From IMG/VR virus record IMGVR_UViG_2740892233_000003: a stretch of DNA of 12,295 nt; one strand, 5' to 3'. Positions 6,097 to 12,295 of this stretch are shown one piece after another. The stretch is from a virus (taxonomy: Duplodnaviria > Heunggongvirae > Uroviricota > Caudoviricetes). The translations under genes were made by a program, and so were the position numbers. The notes under the pieces are model-generated. The model did no database searches and had not been told where the DNA came from. It saw only the letters and a program-made list of their open reading frames with translations. The stretch's first letter is position 1. Every line of letters begins with the position of its first letter.

Positions 6097-6215
6097 ACGG
6101 AGGATATATGAGTGAAGTAACAGATTTAGTTGTTATTGAAAAAGCAAATGCAATGACTGTAATTTAGTCTGCCGACCAGATTGAAGAAATTCTTCAAAAG
6201 GTTGAACGTGAAGTT

Positions 6216-7076
6216 ATGTCCTTTGTGCCTGATATCACAACGGCAAAGGGCAGAAAGGAGATCGCTTATCTGGCGTATAAAGTTGCGCAGACGAAAACAT
6301 ATCTCGATGGTCTTGGCAAAGACCTTGTTGCTGAACTGAAGGAAATTCCAAAGCTAATTGATGCTAACCGCAAGACAGTGCGCGATCGCCTTGATGAACT
6401 GAAAGCCAAGGCGCGCCAGCCTCTTACTGATTATGAGGAAGAACAGGCGCGGATTAAAGCCGAAGAAGAAGCTAAGGCAGCAGCTGAAGCTCTCGCAAAG
6501 CAAATTGAGTCTGACCATGAAATAGCGATTTTGATGGATCGCGAATTTGACCGCCAAAGAGAAGAGGCAAGACTCAAAGCGGAGCAGGAAAAGCGAGAGC
6601 ATGAAGAACGCTTAAAAAGAGAAGCTGAAGAGAAAGCCAGAGCTGAAGCCGAAGCAAAGGCAAAAGCCGAAATTGAAGCAGCAGCAAGGCGAGAAGCAGA
6701 AGCTAAGGCCGCAGAGGAACGTGCAGAGCGTGAACGCATTGAAGCCGAGCAACGAGCACAGCGCGAAGCAAAAGAGGCAGCAGAACGAGCTGAAAGAGAA
6801 AAGCATGCGGCAATTGAAGCAGAACGCCGTAAAGCACAGGAGGAGGCAGAACGAATCCTGCGCGAGGCTGAAGCAAAAGAGCAAGCCAGAATAGCAGAAG
6901 AAAAAAGAATCAAGGACGAAGAAGAGCGTAGAGCAAAGGATAAAGCTCACCGGAAAGAAGTAAATAACAAAATACTTGCTGACCTTATCAAGGTTGGCGC
7001 ATCAGAAGATGTTGCTAAAAATATCATAACAGCCATCGTAAAAGGCGAATTATTCGCAACAAAAATAACCTACTAA
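6216..7076 (+). CDS. Highly charged coiled-coil / low-complexity protein (286 aa as drawn); an in-frame upstream start at 6108 is cut by a TAG at 6165
   Basis: Long ORF with a central A/E/K/R-rich repeat region (KAEEEAKAAAEA..., AEAEAKAKAEIEAAARREAEAKAAEE...). The strong-RBS ATG at 6108 is in the same frame but separated by one amber codon. ATG 6216 has only a weak ribosome-binding site. Confidence 0.6.
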   Translation: MSFVPDITTAKGRKEIAYLAYKVAQTKTYLDGLGKDLVAELKEIPKLIDANRKTVRDRLDELKAKARQPLTDYEEEQARIKAEEEAKAAAEALAKQIESDHEIAILMDREFDRQREEARLKAEQEKREHEERLKREAEEKARAEAEAKAKAEIEAAARREAEAKAAEERAERERIEAEQRAQREAKEAAERAEREKHAAIEAERRKAQEEAERILREAEAKEQARIAEEKRIKDEEERRAKDKAHRKEVNNKILADLIKVGASEDVAKNIITAIVKGELFATKITY

Positions 7077-7100
7077 TAAAACCAACATAAGGAACCACCC

Positions 7101-7232
7101 ATGATTTACGCAATCGCGGGAGGCGCTCGCATGGGTGCCTTCCAATTAAATGAATCTTTACTTGAACGAATCACCCGTAAATTACGTGACGGATGGAAAA
7201 GAGTTGAGGTCTTATTATGCGCAATGAAATAG
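7101..7232 (+). CDS. cIII: CIII-like protein (FtsH inhibitor / CII stabiliser), copy 1 (43 aa)
   Basis: Translation MIYAIAGGARMGAFQLNESLLERITRKLRDGWKRVEVLLCAMK. The core ESLLERITRKLRDGWKR is identical to the lambda CIII central helix as I recall it. Confidence 0.7.
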   Translation: MIYAIAGGARMGAFQLNESLLERITRKLRDGWKRVEVLLCAMK

Positions 7233-7348
7233 CCATCAATCACCAGATGCTTCGTGCTGCACAGAACAAGGCAGTAATAGCCCGATTTATTGGTGATTCA
7301 AAAATGTGGCTTGAAGCAAATAAAGCGATGAAATCAGCTATCAACCTN
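7217..7348 (+). CDS. kil: Kil-like protein, copy 1 (3' end lost in the N run)
   Basis: Start overlaps the cIII stop. Translation MRNEIAINHQMLRAAQNKAVIARFIGDSKMWLEANKAMKSAINL... The IA.FIGD.KM segment resembles lambda Kil. Near-identical to the complete copy at 7895-8047. Confidence 0.55.
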
Positions 7349-7358
7349 NNNNNNNNNA
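7349..7358. other. Run of 10 N (assembly gap or masked bases)
   Basis: Literal n characters, inside a duplicated cIII-kil module. The right flank 7359-7388 repeats the terminator-tail and RBS cassette of 6078-6107. Confidence 0.95.
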
Positions 7359-7388
7359 TGTGAGGGCGATTTTTTTGACGGAGGAAAT

Positions 7389-7700
7389 ATGAAATTACGT
7401 GTCTGGCATATCCCGCAAGTACCTATGAAACCGTTCATTGCAGAAGTGGCAAGTGTTGAAGAGGGTGTTCGCCTGATGGGCGCACTGGCTGATTATGACG
7501 CCTTTCAGTATGACAACAACATCAAGCCTGATTACTGCAATGCTAACGGCCTTGAGATGTGGGATGAGAGCCTTACCGATGAAGATTTATCAGAGGTGGG
7601 GCTTACTGATCGCTGGGTGGATTGGTACAGCGAATGCCAATGTTACGACGACCCACGTAAATATCTCGAAAGCCTGAAAGAAGAAACATCAGCCGCCTAA
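7389..7700 (+). CDS. Hypothetical acidic protein (103 aa)
   Basis: GGAGGA ribosome-binding site and ATG 7389. Translation MKLRVWHIPQVPMKPFIAEV...WVDWYSECQCYDDPRKYLESLKEETSAA. No recognised family. Confidence 0.55.
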   Translation: MKLRVWHIPQVPMKPFIAEVASVEEGVRLMGALADYDAFQYDNNIKPDYCNANGLEMWDESLTDEDLSEVGLTDRWVDWYSECQCYDDPRKYLESLKEETSAA

Positions 7701-7775
7701 GCGCGGCTTTACCGCATACCAATAACGCTTCACTCGAGGCGTTTTCGTTATGCAATCAAATATAAGGAGTTACCC

Positions 7776-7910
7776 ATGATGCACTTTCAGCTCGCGGGTA
7801 GCGGCGTCATGTCCGCTTTCTACCCGCACGAATCTGAATTATCACGCCGAGTTAAACAATTAATTAGAGCAGCAAAGAAACAACTGGAGGCGTTATGCGC
7901 AATGAAATAG
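7776..7910 (+). CDS. CIII-like protein, divergent copy 2 (44 aa)
   Basis: AGGAG ribosome-binding site. Translation MMHFQLAGSGVMSAFYPHESELSRRVKQLIRAAKKQLEALCAMK. Same architecture and the same C-terminal LCAMK overlap with kil as copy 1, but the core is diverged. Confidence 0.5.
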   Translation: MMHFQLAGSGVMSAFYPHESELSRRVKQLIRAAKKQLEALCAMK

Positions 7911-8047
7911 CCATTAATCACCAGATGCTTCGTGCGGCACAAAACAAAGCAGTAATAGCCAGATTTATTGGTGATTCAAAAATGTGGCTTGAAGCAAATA
8001 AAGCGATGAAATCAGCTATCAACCTTCCGTGGTATCGCAGGAAATGA
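7895..8047 (+). CDS. kil: Kil-like protein, complete copy 2 (50 aa)
   Basis: Start overlaps the stop of the cIII-like ORF. Translation MRNEIAINHQMLRAAQNKAVIARFIGDSKMWLEANKAMKSAINLPWYRRK. Confidence 0.65.
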   Translation: MRNEIAINHQMLRAAQNKAVIARFIGDSKMWLEANKAMKSAINLPWYRRK

Positions 8048-8214
8048 GTTTCACAGATAACTGGTCAGACGAAGAATTCATTCGTCAGATGAAAGAATTA
8101 ATCGGTAACGAAGGAGATATTCATGTCACTTGCAACCACAGTGAAGGAGAGCAAGTTACAGAGACGCATGTACACGCAGCAGGCGTTAATGTATCGCCAG
8201 AAGGGAGATCGTGA
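8044..8214 (+). CDS. Small hypothetical protein (56 aa) between kil and erf; the position of P22 arf
   Basis: ATG 8044 overlaps the kil stop (ATGA). Acidic protein MSFTDNWSDEEFIRQMKELIGNEGDIHV... Called by position only. A GTG start at 8029 is also possible. Confidence 0.4.
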   Translation: MSFTDNWSDEEFIRQMKELIGNEGDIHVTCNHSEGEQVTETHVHAAGVNVSPEGRS

Positions 8215-8303
8215 AGGTGTTCGCGTATTTTTAAATGCGGCAAAGACTGAAGTATTAAATCAGCGTTATTTCCTTGGGCCATGCCCATTCTGAGAACAAA
8301 CAT

Positions 8304-8909
8304 ATGAGCAAAGACTTTTACGCAAGACTGGCAGCTATTCAGGAGAACTTGAACGCGCCAAAGAATCAGTACAACTCATTCGGTAAATATAAATACAGAA
8401 GCTGCGAAGACATTCTTGAAGGCGTTAAGCCGTTACTGAATGGCCTGTTTTTATCAATCAGCGATGAAGTTGTGTTGATTGGTGATCGGTATTATGTGAA
8501 AGCCACGGCAACTATTACCGATGGCGAAAACAGTCATACGGCAACCGCTCTTGCACGAGAGGAAGAAAGCAAGAAAGGAATGGATTCTGCACAAGTTACG
8601 GGAGCTACAAGCTCTTATGCACGCAAGTATTGCCTCAATGGTTTGTTCGGCATTGATGATGCGAAAGATGCAGATACCGACGAGCATAAACATCAGCAGA
8701 ACGCAGCAGCAAAGCAATCAAAACCATCACCTACACCTGAACAGGTTCTAAAAGCATTCACTGACGCAGCAATGCAGAAAAACACCGTAGAAGAGCTTAA
8801 ACAGGCGTTCGCCAAAGCGTGGAAGATGCTCGAAGGCACACCGGAGCAGCACAAAGCGCAGGACGTTTACAACATCAGACGAGACGAATTAGAAGGAGCT
8901 GCTGCTTAA
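8304..8909 (+). CDS. erf: Erf-family single-strand annealing recombinase (201 aa)
   Basis: Translation MSKDFYARLAAIQENLNAPKNQYNSFGKYKYRSCEDILEGVKPLL... is typical of the ERF family (P22 Erf-like). The start could instead be the upstream in-frame ATG at 8274. Confidence 0.8.
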   Translation: MSKDFYARLAAIQENLNAPKNQYNSFGKYKYRSCEDILEGVKPLLNGLFLSISDEVVLIGDRYYVKATATITDGENSHTATALAREEESKKGMDSAQVTGATSSYARKYCLNGLFGIDDAKDADTDEHKHQQNAAAKQSKPSPTPEQVLKAFTDAAMQKNTVEELKQAFAKAWKMLEGTPEQHKAQDVYNIRRDELEGAAA

Positions 8910-9292
8910 TGGCACATTCGATTACTGTAAGACTAAACAAGCCCGCAAGAGAGTTTCAGACCGGGGAAAATATCGGATTCAACATCCGTGCTGGCGTTCA
9001 GTATTACGATCGCCAGACAAAAAAGAAAGAATGGACAAACTACAGCGCCGTTGTATTTGCCAAGCCGGGAGCGCAAGCGGATTACTACCGTAGTGTTCTT
9101 GTTGAAGGTGGCATTGTGGAAATTACCGGAGAAAACATCAGGGTTGATGTTTATCAGGGGCAAAATGGTCAATCAATCACTCTTGAATTACTGAATGCAA
9201 AGATTGGATTTGCAGCTTCAGGAAATGGCCCGCAGCAGCAAAGTAGTAACCAGCAGAACACTCCTGTATACGACGATTCCATCCCATTCTGA
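8909..9292 (+). CDS. ssb: Single-stranded DNA-binding protein, SSB-like (127 aa)
   Basis: ATG overlaps the erf stop (TAATG). C-terminal acidic tail ...PVYDDSIPF is the SSB partner-binding tail signature. The Gln/Asn-rich linker before it is SSB-like. Confidence 0.6.
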   Translation: MAHSITVRLNKPAREFQTGENIGFNIRAGVQYYDRQTKKKEWTNYSAVVFAKPGAQADYYRSVLVEGGIVEITGENIRVDVYQGQNGQSITLELLNAKIGFAASGNGPQQQSSNQQNTPVYDDSIPF

Positions 9293-9315
9293 TTTAGAAA
9301 AATAAGGATTTAATT

Positions 9316-9609
9316 ATGCCAGCGCCTCTGTATGGTGCGGATGACCCACGCCGCTGTTCCGGCAATTCCGTATCGGAGGTGCTGGATAAATTCAGAAAAA
9401 ACTACGATCGGATAATGTCGCTACCGCAGGAAACGAAAGAGGAAAAGGAATTTCGCCATTGTATATGGCTTGCAGAGAAAGAAGAACGCGAGCGAATTTA
9501 CCAGACATCAATCCGACCATTCCGCAAAGCCACATATACCCACTTCCCTGAAATTGACCCGCGCCTGCGTAATTACCGCTCACGCTATGGCGCTATCAGT
9601 AATGACTGA
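9316..9609 (+). CDS. Hypothetical protein (97 aa)
   Basis: Ribosome-binding site and ATG 9316. Size and position after the recombination genes are reminiscent of P22 Abc2 (anti-RecBCD). I cannot confirm this from the sequence. Confidence 0.5.
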   Translation: MPAPLYGADDPRRCSGNSVSEVLDKFRKNYDRIMSLPQETKEEKEFRHCIWLAEKEERERIYQTSIRPFRKATYTHFPEIDPRLRNYRSRYGAISND

Positions 9610-9619
9610 GGAATTTACC

Positions 9620-9784
9620 ATGAGAGGACTTGCATACAATCCCGGCATTCTTCCGGCAGAAATGATTATTCGCCAACGCGCAAAGCCAATGCCATCGAGA
9701 GAGGAATTGCTTAAGAGAAAGAGTTTCGGTTCTGTTAATGACAACAAATATCTGAATGCGATGTGGCGGAGTGGGAAGAAATGA
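9620..9784 (+). CDS. Small hypothetical protein (54 aa)
   Basis: GAGGA ribosome-binding site 7 nt upstream of ATG 9620. Basic protein. Its stop overlaps the next start. Confidence 0.4.
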   Translation: MRGLAYNPGILPAEMIIRQRAKPMPSREELLKRKSFGSVNDNKYLNAMWRSGKK

Positions 9785-10338
9785 AACAAATGACACTAAT
9801 TGAGATGGATGGTTTTCTGAAAGGTAAATGCATCCCAAGTGATTTAAAGGTTGACGAAACAAACGATGAATATCTTGTCCGTAAGTTCGGTGAACTTGAA
9901 TCAAAACTAGAAACGGCGTTGCGGGAGTGTCGTTCTGCTGGAATCACGATTGATAACCTTGAGGCTAAATGCGCGAAGATGGCTGCTGAAAATTCCTCGC
10001 TTAAGCAATCTGAGAAGGAATTTAATGACTTTTGTCGTGAGGAGTTTAGCGAATGGGAAGATGATATTACTGAAACCCCAGCCACCGATGCTTTTCTGGC
10101 TGAAGTGAAGACTGAAGCACGCAAGGAGGGCGCTTACTTTGTGGCGAACAGAATGCTGGCTGCCTGGGAAGCTGGTTTTATTGATGATACTGCGAAGAAC
10201 GCCGCTGATATTGCCCGGATGATTCTTACCTCTACTGAGTTTATGGCCAATGCGCCGGAAGGCGATTTTGACCGTTCATTCTCTGATGGCGTTCTCGAAG
10301 ATATCGCCGAACAGCTTCGTAAAGGAGTCATCCAATGA
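9781..10338 (+). CDS. Hypothetical acidic phage early protein (185 aa)
   Basis: ATG 9781 with GGAG upstream, overlapping the previous stop (ATGA). The ORF-track start at 9763 is a GTG with no ribosome-binding site. Confidence 0.5.
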   Translation: MKQMTLIEMDGFLKGKCIPSDLKVDETNDEYLVRKFGELESKLETALRECRSAGITIDNLEAKCAKMAAENSSLKQSEKEFNDFCREEFSEWEDDITETPATDAFLAEVKTEARKEGAYFVANRMLAAWEAGFIDDTAKNAADIARMILTSTEFMANAPEGDFDRSFSDGVLEDIAEQLRKGVIQ

Positions 10339-10892
10339 GCAAGATTGACTATCAGGCACTGCGTGAGGCGGCAGAGCGTGCAATTCCGGCAATGGAACGC
10401 CTGTTAATGTTGCCAGTTGATGATGATTTGTTAACTGAACAGGAACTTAAGGATTACGGTGTGGATATTGATGCGCTCAACGCCTTCAAATTTCTGACCG
10501 GGCCAGAAACCGTGCTGGCACTACTGGATGAACGGGAAAGAAACCAGCAATACATCAAACGCCGCGACCAGAAGAACGAGGATATTGCTCTTACGGTTGG
10601 GAAGCTGCGTGTTGAGCTTGAAGCCGTGCAGAAGACATCAGCGGCACGAATCGAAGCTATAGACCGCACTCACAAAATGTTCCAGCGTGAAAAAGATCGA
10701 GCCGATGCCGCAGAGAAGTGCATAGCAGAACTGTCTGCTAGCCACAGCAAATTGCGCGACACAATGGCTGGCATCCACAACACAATCCGAATGGATGGCG
10801 GCTATACGCCACTGGCAGCAATCCTTAACGCTGCTAAACGCGCATATGAAGAATCAGCAAGCGCAGCTGGCATTCGCATCAAAGGAGAGTGA
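10335..10892 (+). CDS. Hypothetical phage early protein, possibly Ea22-like (185 aa)
   Basis: AGGAG ribosome-binding site. ATG overlaps the upstream stop. Predicted coiled-coil centre. The N-terminus [14 protein letters not shown] resembles prophage Ea22-like proteins as I recall them, with low certainty. Confidence 0.45.
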   Translation: MSKIDYQALREAAERAIPAMERLLMLPVDDDLLTEQELKDYGVDIDALNAFKFLTGPETVLALLDERERNQQYIKRRDQKNEDIALTVGKLRVELEAVQKTSAARIEAIDRTHKMFQREKDRADAAEKCIAELSASHSKLRDTMAGIHNTIRMDGGYTPLAAILNAAKRAYEESASAAGIRIKGE

Positions 10893-10893
10893 T

Positions 10894-11511
10894 ATGAGCA
10901 CTATCACTAAAGAACGTATCGAATTGTTCATTAAATCCCCGCTTGATAACGGACTTACTAGTGGCGAACAAATGGAACTGGCACGGATTGCTCTGGCATC
11001 GCTGGAAGCAAAACCAATAGGTGCATTCCACATTGCAGAACAGCAAGTTGACGGCACAAGTGACTACCTCAAGGATGGAGAATGGCCTATTGATAATGGA
11101 ATTATTGAGGTCTACGCCGCTCCGCCAGTACCGGTAGTACCTGCTGCATTACCTGAGAACGACGATGAGGACGGGCATGACATTGATTATCTTGATCCAT
11201 CTGAAGTTTACGCGCTTGGGCGAACAGCTGGCTGGAACGCCTGCCGCGCCGCCATGCTTCAGGGTAAATCAGAACAACCACAAAACGCACAACAAAATAT
11301 TCCGGAAAATATTCCCGGTGGCAACTCTCCGGTAACTCCGGATGGTTGGGTTATGGTGCCGAAGGAGTTAACCCCGGAAATGATGAGAGCCGTTCAGATT
11401 AGAAGTGAGCTTGGAGGGTATGCTACTTCCAATCTATCTGGTGCATACAATATGTTTTCTGAGTTCTGGAATGTTGCTGTCTCAGCTGCGCCTAAGGTGG
11501 ATGATTTATGA
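10894..11511 (+). CDS. Hypothetical protein (205 aa)
   Basis: AAAGGAGAG ribosome-binding site 6 nt before ATG 10894. The ORF-track start at 10795 overlaps the previous gene and has no ribosome-binding site. Confidence 0.5.
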   Translation: MSTITKERIELFIKSPLDNGLTSGEQMELARIALASLEAKPIGAFHIAEQQVDGTSDYLKDGEWPIDNGIIEVYAAPPVPVVPAALPENDDEDGHDIDYLDPSEVYALGRTAGWNACRAAMLQGKSEQPQNAQQNIPENIPGGNSPVTPDGWVMVPKELTPEMMRAVQIRSELGGYATSNLSGAYNMFSEFWNVAVSAAPKVDDL

Positions 11512-11810
11512 ATCTATATCGCTGCCCATTCTGTGGTTCCACTGTGCTTAACATCGGATACTCATTCAGTATCAGAGGGAAAATGCGCTATGTGTCATGC
11601 AAATGTGGTGCCCAAGGACCAGAAAAACGAACTAGATCTGAAGCGATTTCTTCATGGAATAGTCGAATGAAAGTATGGGTTTATGATCCAGAAACAATAT
11701 TAAACGTTGAAGAGCGCAGGAGAACAGAAGTCTATATTCATAACCTTAATGAAGATGGATTTGCACCAGTGCTTGTAAAGGCTACTCCGCAGGAGGTTAA
11801 CCGTGGCTAA
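11508..11810 (+). CDS. Lar-family-like zinc-ribbon protein (putative restriction alleviation), 100 aa
   Basis: N-terminal CPFCGS ... CKCGA zinc-ribbon motif followed by AISSWNSR, which resembles the Lar restriction-alleviation family. Start overlaps the previous stop (ATGA). Confidence 0.5.
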   Translation: MNLYRCPFCGSTVLNIGYSFSIRGKMRYVSCKCGAQGPEKRTRSEAISSWNSRMKVWVYDPETILNVEERRRTEVYIHNLNEDGFAPVLVKATPQEVNRG

Positions 11811-12087
11811 CCTACAACTTGCCGTCAAAGGTGAATACTTCGATGCCATGATTCGAGGAGAGAAAACGGAAGAGTATCGCCTGTGTAATGACTATTGGAA
11901 TAAGCGAATTATGTTCCGGGAGTATGACCGCCTGATTATCACAAAGGGATATCCGAAGCGCGACGATTCCAGCCGCAGAATTGATGTTCCGTATGACGGA
12001 TATGAAATCAAGACAATCACACATCCGCACTTCGGTGATAAACCGGTAAAGGTGTTCGCGATAAAGGTGAATATCGGCAATGAATAA
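11803..12087 (+). CDS. Hypothetical protein, possibly ASCH/PUA-like fold (94 aa)
   Basis: GTG start with AGGAGG 6 nt upstream, overlapping the previous stop. The fold guess rests on a weak pattern only. Confidence 0.45.
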   Translation: MANLQLAVKGEYFDAMIRGEKTEEYRLCNDYWNKRIMFREYDRLIITKGYPKRDDSSRRIDVPYDGYEIKTITHPHFGDKPVKVFAIKVNIGNE

Positions 12088-12159
12088 CAATCCTCGCACT
12101 CGCGGGGATTTCTTTTATCTGAACTCGCTACGGCGGATTTTGTTTTATGGAGATGATAA

Positions 12160-12295
12160 ATGCACTTCCGAGTCACAGGTGAATGGAATGGAGAACCATT
12201 CAACAGAGTTATCGAAGCAGAGAACATCAATGACTGCTATGACCACTGGATGATATGGGCGCAGATAGCACATGCAGACGTAACCAATATTCGAA
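12160..12295 (+). CDS. Hypothetical protein, 5' part only (runs off the window end)
   Basis: GGAGA ribosome-binding site before ATG 12160. Open frame to the window end (MHFRVTGEWNGEPFNRVIEAENINDCYDHWMIWAQIAHADVTNIR...). Confidence 0.4.
   Translation, partial: MHFRVTGEWNGEPFNRVIEAENINDCYDHWMIWAQIAHADVTNIR

Noticed and set aside
6354-6950. ORFs on the - strand (6354-6602, 6431-6913, 6612-6950) and in another + frame (6673-6894), with Ser/Ala/Cys/Phe-rich low-complexity translations
   Set aside because: Frame artefacts of the purine-rich repeat tract inside the 6216-7076 coiled-coil gene. No ribosome-binding sites, implausible composition.
8454-8751. ORFs inside erf (- strand 87 aa, + strand other frame 76 aa)
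   Set aside because: Embedded in a confidently identified Erf gene. Low-complexity translations.
8933-9194. ORFs overlapping ssb (- strand 79 aa, + strand other frame 68 aa)
   Set aside because: Embedded in the SSB-like gene. No ribosome-binding sites.
9392-10331. Series of - strand ORFs (63 to 129 aa) antisense to the early operon
   Set aside because: All are antisense to tightly packed, translationally coupled + strand genes. Typical antisense composition, no start signals.
10454-11290. - strand ORFs of 62 to 71 aa antisense to the 10335-11511 genes
   Set aside because: Same reasoning: antisense, no ribosome-binding sites.
11812-12230. Two - strand ORFs (95 and 112 aa) at the window end
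   Set aside because: Antisense to + strand genes that have good ribosome-binding sites and overlapping start-stop coupling.
1-12295. Searched for tRNA or tmRNA attachment sites, integrase, transposase or IS ends, and CRISPR repeats
   Set aside because: None found. The window lies entirely in the immunity and early region; the integration module would be further downstream of the window end.

Overview
This window is the immunity and early-left (pL) region of a lambdoid prophage of Enterobacteriaceae type, mosaic and interrupted by two runs of 10 N (2289-2298, 7349-7358). It holds two complete immunity modules in the same orientation. Module 1 (1-2137) is cII' / nutR / cro / P22-type operators / c2 repressor / terminator / OL-pL / nutL / N with a phi21-type arginine-rich motif / a Nun-like termination factor / terminator. 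Module 2 (2299-5289) is cII / nutR / cro-like / operators / S24-family CI repressor / a two-gene cassette with its own terminator sitting between the repressor and pL / OL-pL / nutL / N-like gene. Downstream on the + strand runs a pL-type early operon: antisense SieB-like membrane protein, a charged coiled-coil protein, cIII and kil (each present twice, flanking the second gap), an Erf recombinase, an SSB, and a string of translationally coupled small genes including a Lar-like zinc ribbon. No tRNA, rRNA, CRISPR array, integrase or transposase was seen. All protein identifications are from reading the translations against remembered family sequences; nothing was searched. The most interesting candidate for an undescribed system is the two-gene cassette at 4048-4602, in the slot where lambda carries rexAB.
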